Shown here one piece after another: positions 39,301 through 53,500 of a stretch of 64,000 nucleotides of DNA. This DNA comes from Paragordius varius (lineage: Eukaryota > Animalia > Nematomorpha). The notes under the pieces were generated by a model that searched no databases, had not been told where the DNA came from, and saw only the letters and a program-made list of their open reading frames with translations. Location of the stretch: positions 124,001-188,000 of the forward strand of contig OZ176050.1 in the NCBI GenBank assembly GCA_964247055.1, in the 5' to 3' direction. Both the position numbers and the translations under genes were made by a program. Within the stretch, counting starts at the first letter, position 1. Every line of letters begins with the position of its first letter.

Positions 39301-42300
39301 CTATGGTAGTTCCATCATATCCCCAAATATTTTTGAGATCGGACTTTAAATGTAATTTTTTTGAATTTTTTAAATATTTAAAAAATTTATTTTATACGAT
39401 TTTAAAAATAAAAATGGCTACCTAAAATCCATATTTGATCAGGTGATGTCGCCATAATTTTTTTAGGTAGGCCTATGATAGTTCCATCATCACCCTAAAT
39501 ATTGTCGAGATCGGACTATAAATGTAATTTTTATGAATTTTTTAAATATTGAAAAAATTTATTTTATACGATATTAAAAATAAAAATGGCTACCTAAAAT
39601 CTAAATTTGATCAGGTGATGTCACCATAATTTTTTTTGGGTAGCCCTATGGTAATTCCATCATCACTTCAAATATTTTCGAGATCGGAGTATAACAGTAA
39701 TTTCTATGAATTTTTTAAATATTTAAAAAATTTATTTTATACGATTTTAAAAATAAAAATGGCTACCTAAAATCCAAATTTGATCAGGTGATGTCACCTT
39801 AATTTTTTTTGGGTAGCCCTATGGTAGTTCCATCATCACTTCAAATATTTTCGAGATCGGAGTATAAATGTAATTTTTATGAATTTTTTAAATATTTAAA
39901 AAATTTATTTTATACGATTTTAAAAATAAAAATGGCTACCTAAAATCCAAATTTGATCAGGTGATGTCACTATAATTTTTTTTGGGTAGCCCTATGGTAG
40001 TTCCATCATCACCCCAAATATTTTGGGGATCGGACTATAAATGTAATTTTTATGAATTTTTTAAATATTTAAAAAATTTATTTTATACGATATTAAAAAT
40101 AAAAATGGCTACCTAAAATCCAAATTTGATCAGGTGATGTCACCATAATTTTTTTTGGGTAGCCCTATGGTAGTTCCATCATCACCCCAAATATTTTCGA
40201 GATCGGAGTATAAATGTAATTTTTATGAATTTTTTAAATATTTAAAAAATTTATTTTATACGATTTTAAAAATAAAAATGGCTACCTAAAATCCAAATTT
40301 GATCAGGTGATGTCACCATAATTTTTTTTGGGTAGCCCTATGGTAGTTCCATCATCACCCCAAATATTTTGGGGATCGGACTATAAATGTAATTTTTATG
40401 AATTTTTTAAATATTTAAAAAATTTATTTTATACGATTTTAAAAATAAAAATGGCTACCTAAAATCCAAATTTGATAAGGTGATGTCGCCATAATTTTTT
40501 TTGGGTAGCCCTATGGTAGTTCCATCATAACCCTAAATATTTTTGAGATCGGACTTTAAATGTAATTTTTTTGAATTTTTTAAATATTTAAAAAATTTAT
40601 TTTATACGATTTTAAAAATATAAATGGCTACCTAAAATCCAAATTTGATCAGGTGATGTCACCATAATTTTTTTTGGGTAGCCCTATGGTAGTTCCATCA
40701 TCACCCCAAATATTTTCGAGATCGGAGTATAAATGTAATTTTTATGAATTTTTTAAATTTTTAAAAAATTTATTTTATACGATTTTAAAAATAAAAATGG
40801 CTACCTAAAATCCAAATTTGATCAGGTGATGTCACTATAATTTTTTTGGGTAGCCCTATGGTAGTTCCATCATCACCCCAAATATTTTGGGGATCGGAAT
40901 ATAAATGTAATTTTTATGAATTTTTTAAATATTTAAAAAATTTATTTTATACGATTTTAAAAATAAAAATGGCTACCTAAAATCCAAATTTGATCAGGTG
41001 ATGTGACCATAATTTTTTTTGGGTAGCCCTATGGTAGTTCCATCATCACCCCAAATATTTTGGGGATCGGACTATAAATGTAATTTTTAGGAATTTTTTA
41101 AATATTTAAAAAATTTATTTTATACGATTTTAAAAATAAAAATGGCTACCTAAAATCCAAATTTGATCAGGTGATGTCACTATAATTTTTTTGGGTAGCC
41201 CTATGGTAGTTCCATCATCACCCCAAATATTTTCGAGATCGGAGTATAAATGTAATTTTTAGGAATTTTTTAAATATTTAAAAAATTTATTTTATACGAT
41301 TTTAAAAATAAAAATGGCTACCTAAAATCCAAATTTGATCAGGTGATGTCACTATAATTTTTTTGGGTAGCCCTATGGTAGTTCCATCATCACCCCAAAT
41401 ATTTTGGGGATCGGACTATAAATGTAATTTTTAGGAATTTTTTAAATATTTAAAAAATTTATTTTATACGATTTTAAAAATAAAAATGGCTACCTAAAAT
41501 CCAAATTTGATCAGGTGATGTCACTATAATTTTTTTGGGTAGCCCTATGGTAGTTCCATCATAACCCCAAATATTTTTGAGATCGGACTTTAAATGTAAT
41601 TTTTTTGAATTTTTTAAATATTTAAAAAATTTATTTTATACGATTTTAAAAATATAAATGGCTACCTAAAATCCAAATTTGATCAGGTGATGTCACCATA
41701 ATTTTTTTTGGGTAGCCCTATGGTAGTTCCATCATCACCTCAAATATTTCCGAGATCGGAGTATAAATGTAATTTTTATGAATTTTTTAAATTAAAAAAT
41801 TTATTTTATACGATTTTAAAAATAAAAATGGCTACCTAAAATCCAAATTTGATCAGGTGATGTCACTATAATTTTTTTGGGTAGCCCTATGGTAGTTCCA
41901 TCATCACCCCAAATATTTTGGGGATCGGACTATAAATGTAATTTTTAGGAATTTTTTAAATATTTAAAAAATTTATTTTATACGATTTTAAAAATAAAAA
42001 TGGCTACCTAAAATCCAAATTTGATCAGGTGATGTCACTATAATTTTTTTGGGTAGCCCTATGGTAGTTCCATCATCACCCCAAATATTTTCGAGATCGG
42101 AGTATAAATGTAATTTTTAGGAATTTTTTAAATATTTAAAAAATTTATTTTATACGATTTTAAAAATAAAAATGGCTACCTAAAATCCAAATTTGATCAG
42201 GTGATGTCACTATAATTTTTTTGGGTAGCCCTATGGTAGTTCCATCATCACCCCAAATATTTTCGAGATCGGAGTATAAATGTAATTTTTATGAATTTTT

Positions 42301-44588
42301 TAAATATTTAAAAAATTTATTTTATACGATTTTAAAAATAAAAATGGCTACCTAAAATCCAAATTTGATCAGCTGATGTTACCATAATTTTTTTTGGGTA
42401 GCCCTATGGTAGTTCCATCATCACCCCAAATATTTTCGAGATCGGAGTATAAATGTAATTTTTATGAATTTTTTAAATATTTAAAAAATTTATTTTATAC
42501 GATTGTAAAAATAAAAATGGCTACCTAAAATCCAAATTTGATCAGGTTATGTCGCCATAATTTTTTTTCTGAGCCCTATGGTAGTTCCATCATCACCCCA
42601 AATATTGTCGAGATCGGAGTATAAATGTAGTTTTTTTGAATTTTTTTAATATTTAAAAAATTTATTTTATACGATTTTAAAAATAAAAATGGCTACCTAA
42701 AATCCAAATTTGATCAGGTGATGTCACCATAATTTTTTTTGGGTAGCCCTATGGTAGTTCCATCATCACCCCAAATATTTTCGAGATCGGAGTATAAATG
42801 TAATTTTTATGAATTTTTTAAATATTTAAAAAATTTATTTTATACGATTTTAAAAATAAAAATGGCTACCTAAAATCCAAATTTGATCAGGTGATGTCAC
42901 CATATTTTTTTTGGGTAGCCCTATGGTAGTTCCATCATCACCCCAAATATTGTCGAGATCGGAGTATAAATGTAATTTTTTTGAATTTTTTAAATATTTA
43001 AAAAATTTATTTTATACGATTTTAAAAATAAAAATGGCTATATAAATCCAAATTTGATCAGGTGATGTCGCCATAATTTTTTTTGGGTAGCCCTATGGTA
43101 GTTCCATCATCACCCCAAATATTTTCGAGATCGGAGTATAAATGTAATTTTTATGAATTTTTTAAATATTTAAAAAATTTATTTTATACGATTTTAAAAA
43201 TAAAAATGGCTACCTAAAATCCAAATTTGATCAGGTGATGTCACCATAATTTTTTTTGGGTAGCCCTATGGTAGTTCCATCATCACCCCAAATATTTTCG
43301 AGATCGGAGTATAAATGTAATTTTTATGAATTTTTTAAATATTTAAAAAATTTATTTTATACGATTTTAAAAATAAAAATGGCTACCTAAAATCCAAATT
43401 TGATCAGGTGATGTCACCATAATTTTTTTTGGGTAGCCCTATGGTAGTTCCATCATCACCCCAAATATTTTGGGGATCGGACTATAAATGTAATTTTTAT
43501 GAATTTTTTAAATATTTAAAAAATTTATTTTATACGATTTTAAAAATAAAAATGGCTACCTAAAATCCAAATTTGATCAGCTGATGTTACCATAATTTTT
43601 TTTGGGTAGCCCTATGGTAGTTCCATCATCACCCCAAATATTTTCGAGATCGGAGTATAAATGTAATTTTTATGAATTTTTTAAATATTTAAAAAATTTA
43701 TTTTATACGATTGTAAAAATAAAAATGGCTACCTAAAATCCAAATTTGATCAGGTTATGTCGCCATAATTTTTTTTCTGAGCCCTATGGTAGTTCCATCA
43801 TCACCCCAAATATTGTCGAGATCGGAGTATAAATGTAGTTTTTTTGAATTTTTTTAATATTTAAAAAATTTATTTTATACGATTTTAAAAATAAAAATGG
43901 CTACCTAAAATCCAAATTTGATCAGGTGATGTCACCATAATTTTTTTTGGGTAGCCCTATGGTAGTTCCATCATCACCCCAAATATTTTCGAGATCGGAG
44001 TATAAATGTAATTTTTATGAATTTTTTAAATATTTAAAAAATTTATTTTATACGATTTTAAAAATAAAAATGGCTACCTAAAATCCAAATTTGATCAGGT
44101 GATGTCACCATAATTTTTTTTGGGTAGCCCTATGGTAGTTCCATCATCACCCCAAATATTGTCGAGATCGGAGTATAAATGTAATTTTTTTGAATTTTTT
44201 AAATATTTAAAAAATTTATTTTATACGATTTTAAAAATAAAAATGGCTACCTAAAATCCAAATTTGATCAGGTGATGTCGCCATAATTTTTTTTGGGTAG
44301 CCCTATGGTAGTTCCATCATAACCCCAAATATTTTTGAGATCGGACTTTAAATGTAATTTTTTTGAATTTTTTAAATATTTAAAAAATTTATTTTATACG
44401 ATTTTAAAAATAAAAATGGCTACCTAAAATCCAAATTTGATCAGGTGATGTCGCCATAATTTTTTTTGGGTAGCCCTATGGTAGTTCCATCATATCCCCA
44501 AATATTTTTGAGATCGGACTTTAAATGTAATTTTTTTGAATTTTTTAAATATTTAAAAAATTTATTTTATACTATATTAAAAATAAAA

Positions 44589-47500
44589 ATGGCTACCTAA
44601 AATCTAAATTTGATCAGGTGATGTCACCATAATTTTTTTTGGGTAGCCCTATGGTAATTCCATCATCACTTCAAATATTTTCGAGATCGGAGTATAAATG
44701 TAATTTCTATGAATTTTTTAAATATTTAAAAAATTTATTTTATACGATTTTAAAAATAAAAATGGCTACCTAAAATCCAAATTTGATCAGGTGATGTCAC
44801 TATAATTTTTTTTGGGTAGCCCTATGGTAGTTCCATCATCACCCCAAATATTTTCGAGATCGGAGTATAAATGTAATTTTTATGAATTTTTTAAATATTT
44901 AAAAAATTTATTTTATACGATTTTAAAAATAAAAATGGCTACCTAAAATCCAAATTTGATCAGGTGATGTCACCATAATTTTTTTTGGGTAGCCCTATGG
45001 TAGTTCCATCATCACCCCAAATATTTTGGGGATCGGACTATAAATGTAATTTTTATGAATTTTTTAAATATTTAAAAAATTTATTTTATACGATTTTAAA
45101 AATAAAAATGGCTACCTAAAATCCAAATTTGATAAGGTGATGTCGCCATAATTTTTTTTGGGTAGCCCTATGGTAGTTCCATCATAACCCTAAATATTTT
45201 TGAGATCGGACTTTAAATGTAATTTTTTTGAATTTTTTAAATATTTAAAAAATTTATTTTATACGATTTTAAAAATATAAATGGCTACCTAAAATCCAAA
45301 TTTGATCAGGTGATGTCACCATAATTTTTTTTGGGTAGCCCTATGGTAGTTCCATCATCACCCCAAATATTTTCGAGATCGGAGTATAAATGTAATTTTT
45401 ATGAATTTTTTAAATTTTTAAAAAATTTATTTTATACGATTTTAAAAATAAAAATGGCTACCTAAAATCCAAATTTGATCAGGTGATGTCACTATAATTT
45501 TTTTGGGTAGCCCTATGGTAGTTCCATCATCACCCCAAATATTTTGGGGATCGGAATATAAATGTAATTTTTATGAATTTTTTAAATATTTAAAAAATTT
45601 ATTTTATACGATTTTAAAAATAAAAATGGCTACCTAAAATCCAAATTTGATCAGCTGATGTGACCATAATTTTTTTTGGGTAGCCCTATGGTAGTTCCAT
45701 CATCACCCCAAATATTTTGGGGATCGGACTATAAATGTAATTTTTAGGAATTTTTTAAATATTTAAAAAATTTATTTTATACGATTTTAAAAATAAAAAT
45801 GGCTACCTAAAATCCAAATTTGATCAGGTGATGTCACTATAATTTTTTTGGGTAGCCCTATGGTAGTTCCATCATCACCCCAAATATTTTCGAGATCGGA
45901 CTATAAATGTAATTTTTATGAATTTTTTAAATATTTAAAAAATTTATTTTATACGATTTTAAAAATAAAAATGGCTACCTAAAATCCAAATTTGATCAGG
46001 TGATGTCACCATAATTTTTTTTGGGTAGCCCTATGGTATCCATCATCACCCCAAATATTTTCGAGATCGGAGTATAAATGTAATTTTTATGAATTTTTTA
46101 AATATTTAAAAAATTTATTTTATACGATTTTAAAAATAAAAATGGCTACCTAAAATCCAAATTTGATCAGGTGATGTCACCATAATTTTTTTTGGGTAGC
46201 CCTATGGTAGTTCCATCATCACCCCAAATATTTTCGAGATCGGAGTATAAATGTAATTTTTATGAATTTTTTAAATATTTAAAAAATTTATTTTATACGA
46301 TTTTAAAAATAAAAATGGCTACCTAAAATCCAAATTTGATCAGGTGATGTCACCATAATTTTTTTTGGGTAGCCCTATGGTAGTTCCATCATCACCCCAA
46401 ATATTTTGGGGATCGGACTATAAATGTAATTTTTATGAATTTTTTAAATATTTAAAAAATTTATTTTATACGATTTTAAAAATAAAAATGGCTACCTAAA
46501 ATCCAAATTTGATAAGGTGATGTCGCCATAATTTTTTTTGGGTAGCCCTATGGTAGTTCCATCATAACCCCAAATATTTTTGAGATCGGACTTTAAATGT
46601 AATTTTTTTGAATTTTTTAAATATTTAAAAAATTTATTTTATACGATTTTAAAAATATAAATGGCTACCTAAAATCCAAATTTGATCAGGTGATGTCACC
46701 ATAATTTTTTTTGGGTAGCCCTATGGTAGTTCCATCATCACCCCAAATATTTCCGAGATCGGAGTATAAATGTAATTTTTATGAATTTTTTAAATTTTTA
46801 AAAAATTTATTTTATACGATTTTAAAAATAAAAATGGCTACCTAAAATCCAAATTTGATCAGGTGATGTCACTATAATTTTTTTGGGTAGCCCTATGGTA
46901 GTTCCATCATCACCCCAAATATTTTGGGGATCGGACTATAAATGTAATTTTTAGGAATTTTTTAAATATTTAAAAAATTTATTTTATACGATTTTAAAAA
47001 TAAAAATGGCTACCTAAAATCCAAATTTGATCAGGTGATGTCACTATAATTTTTTTGGGTAGCCCTATGGTAGTTCCATCATCACCCCAAATATTTTCGA
47101 GATCGGAGTATAAATGTAATTTTTAGGAATTTTTTAAATATTTAAAAAATTTATTTTATACGATTTTAAAAATAAAAATGGCTACCTAAAATCCAAATTT
47201 GATCAGGTGATGTCACTATAATTTTTTTGGGTAGCCCTATGGTAGTTCCATCATCACCCCAAATATTTTCGAGATCGGAGTATAAATGTAATTTTTATGA
47301 ATTTTTTAAATATTTAAAAAATTTATTTTATACGATTTTAAAAATAAAAATGGCTACCTAAAATCCAAATTTGATCAGGTGATGTGACCATAATTTTTTT
47401 TGGGTAGCCCTATGGTAGTTCCATCATCACCCCAAATATTTTGGGGATCGGACTATAAATGTAATTTTTAGGAATTTTTTAAATATTTAAAAAATTTATT

Positions 47501-50500
47501 TTATACGATTTTAAAAATAAAAATGGCTACCTAAAATCCAAATTTGATCAGGTGATGTCACTATAATTTTTTTGGGTAGCCCTATGGTAGTTCCATCATC
47601 ACCCCAAATATTTTCGAGATCGGACTATAAATGTAATTTTTATGAATTTTTTAAATATTTAAAAAATTTATTTTATACGATTTTAAAAATAAAAATGGCT
47701 ACCTAAAATCCAAATTTGATCAGGTGATGTCACCATAATTTTTTTTGGGTAGCCCTATGGTATCCATCATCACCCCAAATATTTTTGAGATCGGACTTTA
47801 AATGTAATTTTTTTGAATTTTTTAAATATTTAAAAAATTTATTTTATACGATTTTAAAAATAAAAATGGCTACCTAAAATCCAAATTTGATCAGGTGATG
47901 TCGCCATAATTTTTTTTGGGTAGCCCTATGGTAGTTCCATCATATCCCCAAATATTTTTGAGATCGGACTTTAAATGTAATTTTTTTGAATTTTTTAAAT
48001 ATTTAAAAAATTTATTTTATACGATTTTAAAAATAAAAATGGCTACCTAAAATCCATATTTGATCAGGTGATGTCGCCATAATTTTTTTAGGTAGGCCTA
48101 TGATAGTTCCATCATCACCCTAAATATTGTCGAGATCGGACTATAAATGTAATTTTTATGAATTTTTTAAATATTGAAAAAATTTATTTTATACGATATT
48201 AAAAATAAAAATGGCTACCTAAAATCTAAATTTGATCAGGTGATGTCACCATAATTTTTTTTGGGTAGCCCTATGGTAATTCCATCATCACCCGAAATAT
48301 TTCCGAGATCGGAGTATAAATGTAATTTTTATGAATTTTTTAAATATTTAAAAAATTTATTTTATACGATTTTAAAAATAAAAATGGCTACCTAAAATCC
48401 AAATTTGATAAGGTGATGTCGCCATAATTTTTTTTGGGTAGCCCTATGGTAGTTCCATCATAACCCCAAATATTTTTGAGATCGGACTTTAAATGTAATT
48501 TTTTTGAATTTTTTAAATATTTAAAAAATTTATTTTATACGATTTTAAAAATATAAATGGCTACCTAAAATCCAAATTTGATCAGGTGATGTCACCATAA
48601 TTTTTTTTGGGTAGCCCTATGGTAGTTCCATCATCACCCCAAATATTTCCGAGATCGGAGTATAAATGTAATTTTTATGAATTTTTTAAATTTTTAAAAA
48701 ATTTATTTTATACGATTTTAAAAATAAAAATGGCTACCTAAAATCCAAATTTGATCAGGTGATGTCACTATAATTTTTTTGGGTAGCCCTATGGTAGTTC
48801 CATCATCACCCCAAATATTTTGGGGATCGGACTATAAATGTAATTTTTAGGAATTTTTTAAATATTTAAAAAATTTATTTTATACGATTTTAAAAATAAA
48901 AATGGCTACCTAAAATCCAAATTTGATCAGGTGATGTCACTATAATTTTTTTGGGTAGCCCTATGGTAGTTCCATCATCACCCCAAATATTTTCGAGATC
49001 GGAGTATAAATGTAATTTTTAGGAATTTTTTAAATATTTAAAAAATTTATTTTATACGATTTTAAAAATAAAAATGGCTACCTAAAATCCAAATTTGATC
49101 AGGTGATGTCACTATAATTTTTTTGGGTAGCCCTATGGTAGTTCCATCATCACCCCAAATATTTTCGAGATCGGAGTATAAATGTAATTTTTATGAATTT
49201 TTTAAATATTTAAAAAATTTATTTTATACGATTTTAAAAATAAAAATGGCTACCTAAAATCCAAATTTGATCAGGTGATGTGACCATAATTTTTTTTGGG
49301 TAGCCCTATGGTAGTTCCATCATCACCCCAAATATTTTGGGGATCGGACTATAAATGTAATTTTTAGGAATTTTTTAAATATTTAAAAAATTTATTTTAT
49401 ACGATTTTAAAAATAAAAATGGCTACCTAAAATCCAAATTTGATCAGGTGATGTCACTATAATTTTTTTGGGTAGCCCTATGGTAGTTCCATCATCACCC
49501 CAAATATTTTCGAGATCGGACTATAAATGTAATTTTTATGAATTTTTTAAATATTTAAAAAATTTATTTTATACGATTTTAAAAATAAAAATGGCTACCT
49601 AAAATCCAAATTTGATCAGGTGATGTCACCATAATTTTTTTTGGGTAGCCCTATGGTATCCATCATCACCCCAAATATTTTTGAGATCGGACTTTAAATG
49701 TAATTTTTTTGAATTTTTTAAATATTTAAAAAATTTATTTTATACGATTTTAAAAATAAAAATGGCTACCTAAAATCCAAATTTGATCAGGTGATGTCGC
49801 CATAATTTTTTTTGGGTAGCCCTATGGTAGTTCCATCATATCCCCAAATATTTTTGAGATCGGACTTTAAATGTAATTTTTTTGAATTTTTTAAATATTT
49901 AAAAAATTTATTTTATACGATTTTAAAAATAAAAATGGCTACCTAAAATCCATATTTGATCAGGTGATGTCGCCATAATTTTTTTAGGTAGGCCTATGAT
50001 AGTTCCATCATCACCCTAAATATTGTCGAGATCGGACTATAAATGTAATTTTTATGAATTTTTTAAATATTGAAAAAATTTATTTTATACGATATTAAAA
50101 ATAAAAATGGCTACCTAAAATCTAAATTTGATCAGGTGATGTCACCATAATTTTTTTTGGGTAGCCCTATGGTAATTCCATCATCACCCGAAATATTTCC
50201 GAGATCGGAGTATAAATGTAATTTCTATGAATTTTTTAAATATTTAAAAAATTTATTTTATACGATTTTAAAAATAAAAATGGCTACCTAAAATCCAAAT
50301 TTGATCAGGTGATGTCACTATAATTTTTTTGGGTAGCCCTATGGTAGTTCCATCATCACCCCAAATATTTTGGGGATCGGACTATAAATGTAATTTTTAG
50401 GAATTTTTTAAATATTTAAAAAATTTATTTTATACGATTTTAAAAATAAAAATGGCTACCTAAAATCCAAATTTGATCAGGTGATGTCACTATAATTTTT

Positions 50501-53500
50501 TTGGGTAGCCCTATGGTAGTTCCATCATCACCCCAAATATTTTCGAGATCGGAGTATAAATGTAATTTTTAGGAATTTTTTAAATATTTAAAAAATTTAT
50601 TTTATACGATTTTAAAAATAAAAATGGCTACCTAAAATCCAAATTTGATCAGGTGATGTCACTATAATTTTTTTGGGTAGCCCTATGGTAGTTCCATCAT
50701 CACCCCAAATATTTTCGAGATCGGAGTATAAATGTAATTTTTATGAATTTTTTAAATATTTAAAAAATTTATTTTATACGATTTTAAAAATAAAAATGGC
50801 TACCTAAAATCCAAATTTGATCAGCTGATGTTACCATAATTTTTTTTGGGTAGCCCTATGGTAGTTCCATCATCACCCCAAATATTTTCGAGATCGGAGT
50901 ATAAATGTAATTTTTATGAATTTTTTAAATATTTAAAAAATTTATTTTATACGATTGTAAAAATAAAAATGGCTACCTAAAATCCAAATTTGATCAGGTT
51001 ATGTCGCCATAATTTTTTTTCTGAGCCCTATGGTAGTTCCATCATCACCCCAAATATTGTCGAGATCGGAGTATAAATGTAGTTTTTTTGAATTTTTTTA
51101 ATATTTAAAAAATTTATTTTATACGATTTTAAAAATAAAAATGGCTACCTAAAATCCAAATTTGATCAGGTGATGTCGCCATAATTTTTTTAGGTAGGCC
51201 TATGATAGTTCCATCATCACCCTAAATATTGTCGAGATCGGACTATAAATGTAATTTTTATGAATTTTTTAAATATTGAAAAAATTTATTTTATACTATA
51301 TTAAAAATAAAAATGGCTACCTAAAATCTAAATTTGATCAGGTGATGTCACCATAATTTTTTTTGGGTAGCCCTATGGTAATTCCATCATCACTTCAAAT
51401 ATTTTCGAGATCGGAGTATAAATGTAATTTCTATGAATTTTTTAAATATTTAAAAAATTTATTTTATACGATTTTAAAAATAAAAATGGCTACCTAAAAT
51501 CCAAATTTGATCAGGTGATGTCACTATAACTTTTTTTGGGTAGCCCTATGGTAGTTCCATCATCACCCCAAATATTTTCGAGATCGGAGTATAAATGTAA
51601 TTTTTATGAATTTTTTAAATATTTAAAAAATTTATTTTATACGATTTTAAAAATAAAAATGGCTACCTAAAATCCAAATTTGATCAGGTGATGTCACCAT
51701 AATTTTTTTTGGGTAGCCCTATGGTAGTTCCATCATCACCCCAAATATTTTGGGGATCGGACTATAAATGTAATTTTTATGAATTTTTTAAATATTTAAA
51801 AAATTTATTTTATACGATTTTAAAAATAAAAATGGCTACCTAAAATCCAAATTTGATAAGGTGATGTCGCCATAATTTTTTTTGGGTAGCCCTATGGTAG
51901 TTCCATCATAACCCTAAATATTTTTGAGATCGGACTTTAAATGTAATTTTTTTAAATTTTTTAAATATTTAAAAAATTTATTTTATACGATTTTAAAAAT
52001 ATAAATGGCTACCTAAAATCCAAATTTGATCAGGTGATGTCACCATAATTTTTTTTGGGTAGCCCTATGGTAGTTCCATCATCACCCCAAATATTTTCGA
52101 GATCGGAGTATAAATGTAATTTTTATGAATTTTTTAAATTTTTAAAAAATTTATTTTATACGATTTTAAAAATAAAAATGGCTACCTAAAATCCAAATTT
52201 GATCAGGTGATGTCACTATAATTTTTTTGGGTAGCCCTATGGTAGTTCCATCATCACCCCAAATATTTTGGGGATCGGAATATAAATGTAATTTTTATGA
52301 ATTTTTTAAATATTTAAAAAATTTATTTTATACGATTTTAAAAATAAAAATGGCTACCTAAAATCCAAATTTGATCAGCTGATGTGACCATAATTTTTTT
52401 TGGGTAGCCCTATGGTAGTTCCATCATCACCCCAAATATTTTGGGGATCGGACTATAAATGTAATTTTTAGGAATTTTTTAAATATTTAAAAAATTTATT
52501 TTATACGATTTTAAAAATAAAAATGGCTACCTAAAATCTAAATTTGATCAGGTGATGTCACCATAATTTTTTTTGGGTAGCCCTATGGTAATTCCATCAT
52601 CACTTCAAATATTTTCGAGATCGGAGTATAAATGTAATTTCTATGAATTTTTTAAATATTTAAAAAATTTATTTTATACGATTTTAAAAATAAAAATGGC
52701 TACCTAAAATCCAAATTTGATCAGGTGATGTCACTATAACTTTTTTTGGGTAGCCCTATGGTAGTTCCATCATCACCCCAAATATTTTCGAGATCGGAGT
52801 ATAAATGTAATTTTTATGAATTTTTTAAATATTTAAAAAATTTATTTTATACGATTTTAAAAATAAAAATGGCTACCTAAAATCCAAATTTGATCAGGTG
52901 ATGTCACCATAATTTTTTTTGGGTAGCCCTATGGTAGTTCCATCATCACCCCAAATATTTTGGGGATCGGACTATAAATGTAATTTTTATGAATTTTTTA
53001 AATATTTAAAAAATTTATTTTATACGATTTTAAAAATAAAAATGGCTACCTAAAATCCAAATTTGATAAGGTGATGTCGCCATAATTTTTTTTGGGTAGC
53101 CCTATGGTAGTTCCATCATAACCCTAAATATTTTTGAGATCGGACTTTAAATGTAATTTTTTTAAATTTTTTAAATATTTAAAAAATTTATTTTATACGA
53201 TTTTAAAAATATAAATGGCTACCTAAAATCCAAATTTGATCAGGTGATGTCACCATAATTTTTTTTGGGTAGCCCTATGGTAGTTCCATCATCACCCCAA
53301 ATATTTTCGAGATCGGAGTATAAATGTAATTTTTATGAATTTTTTAAATTTTTAAAAAATTTATTTTATACGATTTTAAAAATAAAAATGGCTACCTAAA
53401 ATCCAAATTTGATCAGGTGATGTCACTATAATTTTTTTGGGTAGCCCTATGGTAGTTCCATCATCACCCCAAATATTTTGGGGATCGGAATATAAATGTA

